DNA of 27,955 nucleotides from a virus (lineage: Duplodnaviria; Caudoviricetes), in IMG/VR virus record IMGVR_UViG_3300034096_000658, positions 1 through 27,955 of that record. One strand, 5' to 3'. The notes beneath the pieces are model-generated. The model searched no databases, had not been told where the DNA came from, and was given only the letters and a program-made list of their open reading frames with translations. Position numbers and translations under genes: made by a program. Positions 1 through 8,852 of the stretch are shown here, piece after piece (position 1 is the first letter of the stretch; each line of letters begins with the position of its first letter).

Positions 1-1032
1 TGACATAGCATTACCACCCGGAAGTGTGGTAATTTGAGTTCCGTTTGAACCTTCACGACGTGGAATCCAATAGTCTTCAAGAACAGATAGATGATTACGT
101 TCATCTCGTACTTCACCTGTTGCTTGGTTATATGTGAGTCTTGTTCTAAAACGACTCATCATATCACGAACATACTGTTCTGCTTTTTGTTTTGGTAATT
201 GACCAACATCTACATAAAACACTCGACGTTCTGGTGCACGAGCCACTCTATAAACTAAAAGAGCATCTTCTAGTTGACGTAACATATTTAATGGACGAAT
301 TGTTTTATGGAGATATCCAAGAACTCGTTTGGTATTTAAATCAATTACACCAGATGGAACATATACAACACTGTCGGTAGATAGATGTAATCCACCAGGA
401 CCAGTTAACATATATGATTCTCTATCTGTGTTTGTATACAGATAATATTCTTCAATTTTCTTGATTACAGAAACTTGAACATTTCCAAGTTTATCTTGTT
501 GTTTTTCAACTTTTCTGATCTTTTTAATTTTTAAAGGATCGAGTGGAACAATTTCTTGAATACCTAGAATAGGTTGATCCTTGTCGATAACAATGTTATA
601 AAATATTCTTGAATCAATATACCAGCGTCGAAACACTTCATATGATTTAGAATTAAAATCTAATAAATGAATTATAGTATCAAATTCTTTATAAATTTTA
701 GTTTTAATAGATTCACTAATTGGAAGATCTTTAAGGTCTAATTTAACTGCTTTTCTATCTGTCCCCAATACAATTGCGGCTGTTACAATTTCATCAATTG
801 CATTATCAATTTCTGGAAAAATTGACATATTACGGTATTGTATAATAGAACCGCTATCATCTCGAATATTAGCAGCATAGTCAAGGGCAGTTCCAAAAAA
901 TCCACCAGCATCTACAGTTACTGTACCATCAAAAATTTCAGGTGCAGCAATATTCTTAGAGACAATATCCTTTGTCTCTTCCTGATCAGGTTTCTTTTTA
1001 CCAAACTGAAATCCAAAAAGATCAATTTCCAT
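1..1032 (-). CDS. gp20: Portal protein (T4 gp20-like), 3' end runs off the window
   Basis: Not in the ORF track. Manual translation from ATG at 1032 (AAGGA RBS upstream) gives MEIDLFGFQF...FRRWYIDSRIFY...LGYLHKTIRPLNMLRQLEDALLVYRVARAPERRVFYVDVGQLPKQKAEQY...LEDYWIPRREG...ITTLPGG, the hallmark gp20 motifs; open to position 1. Confidence 0.97.
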   Translation of the reverse strand, partial: MEIDLFGFQFGKKKPDQEETKDIVSKNIAAPEIFDGTVTVDAGGFFGTALDYAANIRDDSGSIIQYRNMSIFPEIDNAIDEIVTAAIVLGTDRKAVKLDLKDLPISESIKTKIYKEFDTIIHLLDFNSKSYEVFRRWYIDSRIFYNIVIDKDQPILGIQEIVPLDPLKIKKIRKVEKQQDKLGNVQVSVIKKIEEYYLYTNTDRESYMLTGPGGLHLSTDSVVYVPSGVIDLNTKRVLGYLHKTIRPLNMLRQLEDALLVYRVARAPERRVFYVDVGQLPKQKAEQYVRDMMSRFRTRLTYNQATGEVRDERNHLSVLEDYWIPRREGSNGTQITTLPGGNAMS

Positions 1033-1059
1033 TAACAATTCCTTTATAATTAATTAGCA

Positions 1060-1623
1060 TCAGTTATTCACATTATCTGTGATACCAGCAATTGCTACAG
1101 TATCGTAAACAAACACAACGTTAAAAGTATTTAACACATTTGGACGAGATGAATTGAATGAGATTTCATTAATCGTTCGGGGCCAAAGTCCATTTAAGTA
1201 AAATGTTTTCTGTACTGCCCCATTTAAATCTAGATGCTGAATAGTCCAGTTAACTTTATAGTTTGACCCATTAACATAATTTGTATTATTATTTACATGA
1301 TTATTAATATAATTGTGCCACCGCTGAAATGATACCCACAGATCTCCGCTACCCGTATCATCTAGAATAGAAGCAGACCATGTTGAATATAATTTTTCAC
1401 CAGGATAATATAGTTTTCGACCAAAATGGTCATATGCAATGGTACTAGTTTGCAATGTGGGAATTAAAGTAGATCTTACATGAAATTCTGATATTAAATT
1501 ATTAGTATTTGAACTGTTTACAGTATCTCCACCAGATGGAAATCCACCCAGAATCTTAAAACGATTTTGTCTTGTTCCACCACCTAAAAAATTATCTTTA
1601 AATTGATTTAATGAAGTAGGCAT
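1060..1623 (-). CDS. gp19: Tail tube protein paralog A (gp19 family, more diverged copy)
   Basis: GGTRQNRFKI, FGRKLYYPGEKLYSTWSASILDD, LWPRTINEISF, FNVVFVYD match the gp19 pattern; lies between the other gp19 copy and the portal; AAAGGA RBS. Confidence 0.85.
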   Translation of the reverse strand: MPTSLNQFKDNFLGGGTRQNRFKILGGFPSGGDTVNSSNTNNLISEFHVRSTLIPTLQTSTIAYDHFGRKLYYPGEKLYSTWSASILDDTGSGDLWVSFQRWHNYINNHVNNNTNYVNGSNYKVNWTIQHLDLNGAVQKTFYLNGLWPRTINEISFNSSRPNVLNTFNVVFVYDTVAIAGITDNVNN

Positions 1624-1642
1624 AGGTAGTTTCCTTTAGCAT

Positions 1643-2185
1643 TTATATACCAGTTAAAATTTCTAAATGGTCAAACGTTAAAGTTACGTCAAAAGTTACA
1701 AACTCAGAAGATCCCATATCAAAATTTATACCACCAACTTCACTGGGCCAGCATCGAAATAATTTAATTTCACGATAGATTTGACCATTTGCTTGTAATT
1801 GTTGAATAAAAAAATTAGTTTGAAGATTTTTATATCCAAAATCATTATTAGTTAATTTATGTGTTTGATGTCCGTCTAAAAGTTCTTTCCATTGCTGAAA
1901 AGCTTTCCACAAAACTTTATCACCGTCATCATATACTTTAATTGGCCAGACAGAATATTGTCTATCACCAGCAAAGTATGCCATACGACCTCTATATGGA
2001 ACACCTATGACACCAACATCTGCTTTTGGTAAAGCTGCAGACGATATAGTATATGCTGATTTTGTTTGAGCAAAATTGGCATTATTAATACCAGTTGGAA
2101 ATGAAGGAATAACCTTAAATCTATTGGCACGAGTGCCACCTTTAAATGCTGCTTTAAATGTATTTAATGAATTATTGATTGCCAT
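1643..2185 (-). CDS. gp19: Tail tube protein paralog B (gp19 family, canonical motifs)
   Basis: GGTRANRFKV, VPYRGRMAYFAGDRQYSVWPIKVYDD, CWPSEVGGINFD, FDVTLTFDH; directly downstream of the sheath gene. Confidence 0.92.
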   Translation of the reverse strand: MAINNSLNTFKAAFKGGTRANRFKVIPSFPTGINNANFAQTKSAYTISSAALPKADVGVIGVPYRGRMAYFAGDRQYSVWPIKVYDDGDKVLWKAFQQWKELLDGHQTHKLTNNDFGYKNLQTNFFIQQLQANGQIYREIKLFRCWPSEVGGINFDMGSSEFVTFDVTLTFDHLEILTGI

Positions 2186-2186
2186 T

Positions 2187-3497
2187 TTACTGTGCGAGTG
2201 TTATATTGATGGTAAATGTAGTTGTTCCAATCAATGGAGTCACAGACACAAATATAGTTAATGATGCTGCATTATCAGTGTTGTTAGTAGAATTGCATAC
2301 AACTTGTGTTTGTGCTGTATCAATATTTGTTGCATATTGAAGAAGATAATTTTGTATTTCAGCTGTAACCAATAGTCTAGTAGTAGCATTATTAATTTGA
2401 TACAAATATTTAATACCAATATCTGTAATATCTCGTTTCATTGCAGATTTCATTTGAGCTGGACCTACACGCTCATCTACAATTGGAGCTGAAGTAGATG
2501 CAGTTGCTCCTACTAAATCTGATCCCAAGAAATTTCCAGAAGTAAAGTTTAGAAAATAATTTACTCTAGCACTTGTAAGTAAAGTTTTTAATGCACTATC
2601 AGACCAGTTAACAGTTCCAGTAACAGCACCATTTAATACAGTACCACGACCAGATCCTGCAATAGTTAAGTATAATTCACCACGAGAATTTGCTCGTGTA
2701 AAAAATCCAGCAATATCAGCTGATAAATTATTTGTATATGTAATTGTGCCACCATTTAATAATGAAGGTACTGGAAATGCTGTAACTGTTTTTTGTCCAT
2801 ATACTGAAAATACTCTATCTGAAACAGTTGCACCTTCTGTAAAGGCTGTAGAAGCAAAAGCAAATGTTGCTAATGTCTGTCCAGCACCATTGTTTATGGT
2901 AGGAAATATACCAATGGTATAAGGAGATTCTGTTTCAAGCCATTTTTGAATACCAGTAAATCCTGCACCAGTACCTGTGCACAATGCAAGATCTATATCA
3001 TCTGAGGTATCAGCTTTATATTGATTAAAACCAATAGTTGCACCAGCAATTATAAGATTACCACCATACGAAAGATAATCAAGAGCGTATAGAAAATCCA
3101 AACCAGCATTACCGGTACCACCAAAACCTATTGGATTTGTTCCAGTATTAGCAAAAAAGCCAAATGGATTAGTTGTACCTGCAGTTGAAACTTCATTAAT
3201 TAAACATCCAGTAACTCCAGACAGTTTATTTAAATCATTAATCAAACCACTTGGAGATGTGTAAAAGATATACTTATCTCCTGTAGTTCCTGTAGCGGGT
3301 GTTGATTTAACTGCTTTAGCATATAGGAGCCATCCAAACAATCCACCTGGATCATTTGTAGGAATTCTACTATTAAAATTTATTGTTGTATTATTATAAG
3401 TAATACCAGTTAAAAATGCTGCAGTCATTTGAGCCGCAGTAGATACAGTTTCGCTATTAAATTGATTCGTACTAGTAAAAGAACTGAGAGTTGCCAT
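2187..3497 (-). CDS. gp18: Tail sheath protein (gp18-like), short and diverged
   Basis: Position between gp17 and gp19; remnants of sheath motifs DYLSYGGNL, LSADIAGFFTR, IAGSGRG, NNATTR, VVCNSTNNT; 436 aa. Confidence 0.8.
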   Translation of the reverse strand: MATLSSFTSTNQFNSETVSTAAQMTAAFLTGITYNNTTINFNSRIPTNDPGGLFGWLLYAKAVKSTPATGTTGDKYIFYTSPSGLINDLNKLSGVTGCLINEVSTAGTTNPFGFFANTGTNPIGFGGTGNAGLDFLYALDYLSYGGNLIIAGATIGFNQYKADTSDDIDLALCTGTGAGFTGIQKWLETESPYTIGIFPTINNGAGQTLATFAFASTAFTEGATVSDRVFSVYGQKTVTAFPVPSLLNGGTITYTNNLSADIAGFFTRANSRGELYLTIAGSGRGTVLNGAVTGTVNWSDSALKTLLTSARVNYFLNFTSGNFLGSDLVGATASTSAPIVDERVGPAQMKSAMKRDITDIGIKYLYQINNATTRLLVTAEIQNYLLQYATNIDTAQTQVVCNSTNNTDNAASLTIFVSVTPLIGTTTFTINITLAQ

Positions 3498-3519
3498 AAT
3501 TGTCCTTTTTAATCAATAA

Positions 3520-3527
3520 TATTTAGT
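3520..3527 (-). promoter_or_regulatory. T4-type late promoter variant (ACTAAATA) upstream of sheath
   Basis: Minus strand reads ACTAAATAttattgattaaaaaggacaattATG in the gp17-gp18 gap. Confidence 0.6.
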
Positions 3528-3533
3528 AATTTT

Positions 3534-5186
3534 TTATACCTTCTTCCAAATAACACTACCATCTGAATATTCATCGGAATCAAAAGATTCATCGCTTACA
3601 ATGAATAAGGTGTTATTATCTTCTGGTTTTACGGCTTCTTCATAATTAAATTTGGCACTTTCAATTAAATCTGCAAAATATTCTTGTCTAGAAAGCCAAG
3701 CAAAAAATACTAAGGTCATTACCAAATCATCATTATGGCTATCTTCTGCTCTAAAAGTATTTGATTTGGATACAAATGTTGTAAGTTCTGTAATGATTCT
3801 TTCATCATTTAGCAAAATTTTATCTTCTTCTACCAACCGCTTTAATATAGCACATCCCAATTTTTTTGTCTGAGTAGTGGTTCTAAGTCCCATTTCAGTG
3901 CGGCTACTCCCACCAAATCCTTGAGATAAAACCTGTCCTTTTCTTCCTAAAATTTTAGTCATAAGAACATTTTCATATTCTAAGTCATTATAAAGAATAC
4001 TTGAAACTTGTCCCCCAATGTCATTTGTTTCAATTAAAACATATGCATTATTATATTTTTCTGCAGCACTTTTAATTGAAACAGGAAAACTAAATGGACT
4101 AACCGTATTATTTCTGTAACTGGCTACAACCTTATATGGTGATGTAGTTCCGTCAATTACAGTAAACGCAGAATAATCAGATCCTTGACCACGAGAAACA
4201 TCTGCCTGTAAAAAATAAATTTGATCTTTGACTGGCTGTTCAAATATTCTTAAACCTTCAGAGTTTTCTTCTAGGAAATCTTCTGGTGCCAAAACATTTA
4301 ATTTTGATGTGGCTACAAGCGTATTAGAAGAGCCAAGAAAACTACAACCATATTCCTGTTCAAACTGTTCTGGACTCGTATTTGCTAACTGCTCCGCTGC
4401 CCAGGCATCGTCTCGTTTTGGTCCACCGGGGGTTATGGGGACATCCCTCCAACTTACCTCGATAGGGACGAAGTTATTCTTAGACTTGTGCCCAGCCGGT
4501 CTATTGGCATCTACCCACAGTTTATGAAAGTGATTCATTCCATTAGGAGTAGATACAATGATAAGTTTGGTAGTTAAACCAGCAGAAATGGTTGGATAGG
4601 TAGATGAATAAAACTCTTCTGCAATATGAGAAGGTAAGAACGCATATTCATCTAGTAGGAGTAAATTATACGAACCACCACGGATAGCGGATGAGGAGGT
4701 TGCATCACACACAACTCTAGATCCATTTTCTAATTTAAAACTTGTCTTATTCCACTCTACCACACCTTGTTGTAGAAAGTGAGGTAGATTTTCATATGCC
4801 ATTTGTAATTTTGCAAATAGTTCGTCTTTGGCAGTTTTTAATTTATTTGCTAAAATAGCAACATTAACAGATTGGTTGAATGTAACATAATGTGTAATAT
4901 AACCAATAACAGAGGTAGATTTACCAGACTGCCGGGGCCATTTAGAAATAACAAAACGATTATCGTGAATAGTCTGTACAAATTTTTCTTGGTAATCATA
5001 TAACTTGAAAGGCATTATACCTTTATCAAGAGTTTTAACTTTTACGTATTTGCTACAAAAATAAACAGGGTCCTTGGCGCATTTAATATATTCGTCAAGT
5101 TGTTCTTTTGTATAACTTAACTCTATGCCTGGAGGCTTTAGTTTTGGATTATTTCTATAACCTTGATTTTTATTGTTTAGGCTCAT
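3534..5186 (-). CDS. gp17: Terminase large subunit
   Basis: GYRNNPKLK, LYDYQ, Walker A PRQSGKST, Walker B LLLLDEYAF, IIVSTPNGMNHF, FEQEYGCSF, nuclease ADVSRGQGSDYSAF, NDDLVMTL. Confidence 0.98.
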   Translation of the reverse strand: MSLNNKNQGYRNNPKLKPPGIELSYTKEQLDEYIKCAKDPVYFCSKYVKVKTLDKGIMPFKLYDYQEKFVQTIHDNRFVISKWPRQSGKSTSVIGYITHYVTFNQSVNVAILANKLKTAKDELFAKLQMAYENLPHFLQQGVVEWNKTSFKLENGSRVVCDATSSSAIRGGSYNLLLLDEYAFLPSHIAEEFYSSTYPTISAGLTTKLIIVSTPNGMNHFHKLWVDANRPAGHKSKNNFVPIEVSWRDVPITPGGPKRDDAWAAEQLANTSPEQFEQEYGCSFLGSSNTLVATSKLNVLAPEDFLEENSEGLRIFEQPVKDQIYFLQADVSRGQGSDYSAFTVIDGTTSPYKVVASYRNNTVSPFSFPVSIKSAAEKYNNAYVLIETNDIGGQVSSILYNDLEYENVLMTKILGRKGQVLSQGFGGSSRTEMGLRTTTQTKKLGCAILKRLVEEDKILLNDERIITELTTFVSKSNTFRAEDSHNDDLVMTLVFFAWLSRQEYFADLIESAKFNYEEAVKPEDNNTLFIVSDESFDSDEYSDGSVIWKKV

Positions 5187-5613
5187 TATTCACAATTTCA
5201 GCATCAATGATTTTATTGGTGCTTCTATCTTTATTTAAGATGTTCTGTAGATCAGTTGTAGAACCAAGAAATACAGAATTATTGGTTTGTTTAATTTCTG
5301 TTTTTACTGCTGTTGTATCTTTTACTTTTTTATGTACATCAATAACGTTATTATTCAGATCTGCAAGCGTTTTAAGTAAAATAGCAACTACTTCAAATGC
5401 TCTGGGACTATCTGATTCAGTAGCAACTTTCAAAGCACTTTCAAGAGCAATACTTCCATTATTCAATAAATCTTTAAAATTACCTTGAACTAATTCATAG
5501 TCTTTTTGAAAATTGTTATTATTAAAAGTTCCACCAGCTATATTGGATGGTTTAGTATCTGGTTGAACAGGCACATTAAAAAATTGAGATAAATTTTTAT
5601 TCATCGAATCCAT
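5170..5613 (-). CDS. gp16: Terminase small subunit
   Basis: KDYELVQGN, SDSPRAFEVVA, TNNSVFLGSTTDLQ motifs; overlaps the start of gp17. Confidence 0.92.
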   Translation of the reverse strand: MDSMNKNLSQFFNVPVQPDTKPSNIAGGTFNNNNFQKDYELVQGNFKDLLNNGSIALESALKVATESDSPRAFEVVAILLKTLADLNNNVIDVHKKVKDTTAVKTEIKQTNNSVFLGSTTDLQNILNKDRSTNKIIDAEIVNNEPKQ

Positions 5614-6265
5614 TTCGTCCAGCAGTTAAACCCCTCAAAGAAATACTGTCAATATCAGTAATCGTTTGTACTTTACCAAAAATATAACTTTTAGCCACAA
5701 AACTAAATGATGAAATATTAATACGCCTTCCAGACATATCTCCATCATATCGTTCACTAATACTATTTGATATCATTGATATAGGAATTTTTACATTATC
5801 CTGTGCTGAATTCAATGACATACTAATAATATGATCTGGATTAAAATATGGTATAATTTGTTCAACAATCTGTAATGTATCATCAATGTGTCTAGTATAA
5901 ATGAATAAACTAAAACCAACATTAACAGGTACTTGTTCTGTTATAATTGATGGATTGTCTATACAAGCATTTCTTGATAGTAGTGGTGTGTTTCTATTTC
6001 TACGACGAGATGCATCTGTAGCAACATTCGTCATAATATAACTCATACGTGGAAGTTGGTTTTCAATACGAATACCATCATTTATTGATGATGGTTCCAA
6101 CAATCTTCTAATGAATTTTTCTTGTGAAGCATAGGTAATTGGAACACGTATACTTAAATCAGTAGCACTATCTGGATTATCATGATTAACAAAAATATTA
6201 TTAAATAATGATCCAAAACCTACAACTAATTTTCTTAAATTTTTATTATAAAAATAGTCAAACAT
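5597..6265 (-). CDS. gp15: Tail terminator / sheath stabiliser
   Basis: YFYNKNLRKLVVGFGSLFNNI, VPITYASQEKF, LPRMSY, LQIVEQIIPYFNP. Confidence 0.95.
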   Translation of the reverse strand: MFDYFYNKNLRKLVVGFGSLFNNIFVNHDNPDSATDLSIRVPITYASQEKFIRRLLEPSSINDGIRIENQLPRMSYIMTNVATDASRRRNRNTPLLSRNACIDNPSIITEQVPVNVGFSLFIYTRHIDDTLQIVEQIIPYFNPDHIISMSLNSAQDNVKIPISMISNSISERYDGDMSGRRINISSFSFVAKSYIFGKVQTITDIDSISLRGLTAGRNGFDE

Positions 6266-6274
6266 GTTTTATCC

Positions 6275-6940
6275 TTATGTGCAGTCTTCATCTGCGAATG
6301 GATTATTTGGATCAAAGGTATATCCTGCTGATTCAGTCTTGAGAACATCATTAATACCTGCAGTAGTTCCAAGATTATTATTAATAGGAATAATTTGTGA
6401 CCCAGAGTAGCCCCGAGTTTGGCTAAGAAGAGCATCAATTGCTTGGTTATCTGTAGTAATTTTCTCGTAACTATAAGTGAAGAGTTCTGCAGTTATCATA
6501 TAACTATACAATTTACCCATTACATATAATGGATTTTCATGTTCTACAAAATTAATTTCAAATAAAGATTTGGAAAGAGGAAAATATATAAGATCTCCTT
6601 CTCTTGGTCTCGTAACTGCAGGAGCCCTATAAGTTACTTCTTCATTAAACCGTTTTCTTGCAAAGAGTAAAGTAACCTTATCTTTAATCTCTAACCCAAA
6701 TTGTGTAATCATATCCGTACCATCAAATGACTTATAGTTTAGTAAATACATCTCTAATGTAAATGCTTTTGTAAATGCAGAGGCTGGGTCTTCTCCAAAC
6801 AACTTATCAATAGCAAAATAATCACGTGGAACATATATGCAGTCTTGCCCCATAGCCTGAATTATTTCTATAGTTATACCTTCAACAAGATTTTGTTCTT
6901 GTGTATTAGTATAATTGCTAATGTATGGGTTTGTTGTCAT
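6275..6940 (-). CDS. gp14: Neck protein
   Basis: EQNLVEGITIEII, YVPR, LFGED, RPREGDLIYFPL, FEINFVEHENP, ELFTYSYE, FDPNNPF. Confidence 0.95.
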   Translation of the reverse strand: MTTNPYISNYTNTQEQNLVEGITIEIIQAMGQDCIYVPRDYFAIDKLFGEDPASAFTKAFTLEMYLLNYKSFDGTDMITQFGLEIKDKVTLLFARKRFNEEVTYRAPAVTRPREGDLIYFPLSKSLFEINFVEHENPLYVMGKLYSYMITAELFTYSYEKITTDNQAIDALLSQTRGYSGSQIIPINNNLGTTAGINDVLKTESAGYTFDPNNPFADEDCT

Positions 6941-6941
6941 A

Positions 6942-7769
6942 TTATCCGATCATAGGATCTGGTGGCAGTTCTTGTGTCTTCTTTAATAGTTCTTCAATCG
7001 CATTAAGTTCCTGTTGTGCATCTTGCATCATGGCTGGTGCATTCAAAGAAGCACCACCGGGAAGTGGAACACCAGAAAATTTAATAAGATTCTGAGCCCA
7101 TTGTTTTTTCAATAATGCTGTATAATGTCTTTTAAATATTCTATCATTCCATGTTTTAGGATATCGTGTCGTATCAACTTCAACATATGCTTCGACCATA
7201 AGAACAGATCCAACAGGAATTTTACTATAATCTGTTTCTAGATACAAACGATCTGTTGTTTTTGTGTAGGTATAAGAAACCGGATAATTAAAAATATCAT
7301 TAATAAGTTTAATATAACTCATACCTTCCATATAACTTGCAATGGGTCCAGCTGAAAATGAAGACTGATTCATGTATAATCCAAAGAAATCAAAAAGAGT
7401 TAATTGATACCTTAAATCAAACATGTAATCTCCAACAGAAGTACTGGGAGCATATACTTTTGTAATACTTCTAATCGCGGATGCATTTGGCCAATAACCT
7501 GTAAGACCATTCTCATTAGTTTTAATTTGTGCACCAAGAGCTGGTCCAAAAGTAGTTGTATCAAATGATCGAGTAGCTAAATCATTTGCAGTAACCGTAT
7601 ATGCATATAAGGCTCTTTGATTAAAATCAAAATGCCTTTCATACATGTATTCTAAAGATTCATCTAATCGATCTTCTGCTTGCTGAGAATCAATATTTAC
7701 TTGTACAACAGGTGATCCCAATGTACGGTAACAATAGTTGATAAAATCTTGTCGTGTAGTTATAGCCAT
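6942..7769 (-). CDS. gp13: Neck protein
   Basis: YCYRTLGSPVVQVNIDSQQAEDRLDE, MFDLRYQL, ALLKKQWAQNLIKFSGVPLPGG, ELPPDPMIG. Confidence 0.95.
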   Translation of the reverse strand: MAITTRQDFINYCYRTLGSPVVQVNIDSQQAEDRLDESLEYMYERHFDFNQRALYAYTVTANDLATRSFDTTTFGPALGAQIKTNENGLTGYWPNASAIRSITKVYAPSTSVGDYMFDLRYQLTLFDFFGLYMNQSSFSAGPIASYMEGMSYIKLINDIFNYPVSYTYTKTTDRLYLETDYSKIPVGSVLMVEAYVEVDTTRYPKTWNDRIFKRHYTALLKKQWAQNLIKFSGVPLPGGASLNAPAMMQDAQQELNAIEELLKKTQELPPDPMIG

Positions 7770-7777
7770 ATTAAAAA

Positions 7778-7785
7778 TATTTATG
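7778..7785 (-). promoter_or_regulatory. T4-type late promoter variant (CATAAATA) 8 nt before gp13 ATG
   Basis: Minus strand CATAAATAtttttaatATG. Confidence 0.65.
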
Positions 7786-8227
7786 TATTTTCTATAATCT
7801 TATTAATTTTATCAAACATTTCTTCATTGACCGGATTACTATTTACAGTTATTTGAACCAATTGTACTGTTTCAGGGGGCAATTGTTCGATTACCTTTTT
7901 TCGATCCCCATCTTCATTATCATAAAAATTTGGATCATAGTTGGTAAATCCTGGCATTTTAAGTGGGCAACTTAAAGTTGGATAGTCTAATTTACAATAT
8001 TCACCCGGTTCTTTAATTAACCAAGTATTGGGTTTGTCACCACAACCACACTTACCACAAAAAAAATAATTCGAGTTACGACTTTTATTTAAAAATTTAC
8101 ATGGTGGAAGTATACCATTCCCATAACAAGAAATATACCTCAATTGCTTAGTTGGTATATCTGTCTTAGTATTTTTGAATCCACGTGATGCAACTGACAT
8201 TGCATACAACATAATTTTAGTAATCAT
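7781..8227 (-). CDS. Cys-rich hypothetical protein, probable metal binder
   Basis: 148 aa with RYISC...PPC...FFCGKCGCGD...CKLDYPTLSCP; tightly packed in the operon. Confidence 0.7.
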   Translation of the reverse strand: MITKIMLYAMSVASRGFKNTKTDIPTKQLRYISCYGNGILPPCKFLNKSRNSNYFFCGKCGCGDKPNTWLIKEPGEYCKLDYPTLSCPLKMPGFTNYDPNFYDNEDGDRKKVIEQLPPETVQLVQITVNSNPVNEEMFDKINKIIENT

Positions 8228-8228
8228 A

Positions 8229-8852
8229 TTATGGGGTTGTATAAATATAACTCATTCCGGCTGGTAGCACACTTCGTTGTAAAAAAGCTTTATGTTCTTC
8301 CGATATATCTGCAACAATTTCGATAATATTAGAACCATAATTTGATACAGCAGTAGTGGTATAATCATATCCCAACAATGTTACCAAAACATATTTGATC
8401 GCTGCAGTTGTTCCTTTGATATCAAAATATTGAGAATCAACTTGAATAGAGAAGCGTCGAATATTTGGTAAGATTTCTACTAATCCTACAGAAGAAAAAT
8501 CTTCTCCAGGAAAATAAAATTCAGCTAAACCCTGTAGTAACTCTTCAGGCATTTCCATAGGAGATCGTAAAGTCTCCCATTCAATATATGCTCCGTAACC
8601 ATATTTAAGACTAAACAACCACCTTAAATAATTTTTTAAAATTGGAACAATTTTAACATTATTAGTATCAGCCTCATATTCTCGAATAATCCATTCTGGT
8701 AATAAAGATTCTAATGTAAGCTGATCACCGATAAATTTATCTTTACCTACATTTAATAACTCTGAGCCATATATTTTTTGTACATATGCTTGCATTAAAT
8801 TTACTTTAGCTGCTAAAGTTACAGGTAGTCTATTAAAAAATAAAGGAATCAT
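8229..8852 (-). CDS. Small baseplate wedge subunit (gp7-like core, P2 gpI-sized)
   Basis: Follows gp6; LLPEWI...ILKNYLRWL, YFDIKGTTAAIKYVL and terminal VLPAGM motifs resemble gp7/gpI-type wedge proteins. Confidence 0.65.
   Translation of the reverse strand: MIPLFFNRLPVTLAAKVNLMQAYVQKIYGSELLNVGKDKFIGDQLTLESLLPEWIIREYEADTNNVKIVPILKNYLRWLFSLKYGYGAYIEWETLRSPMEMPEELLQGLAEFYFPGEDFSSVGLVEILPNIRRFSIQVDSQYFDIKGTTAAIKYVLVTLLGYDYTTTAVSNYGSNIIEIVADISEEHKAFLQRSVLPAGMSYIYTTP

Noticed and set aside
192-1035. Short plus-strand ORFs 192-380 and 838-1035, and the other small track ORFs lying antisense or out of frame inside long genes (e.g. 3652-3873, 4228-4527, 10600-10911, 22298-22513, 26448-26855, 27544-27735)
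   Set aside because: They are shadows of well-supported genes on the other strand or in another frame and show no recognisable motifs.
3534-5186. Intron or intein in terminase or portal
   Set aside because: Both reading frames are continuous with normally spaced motifs.
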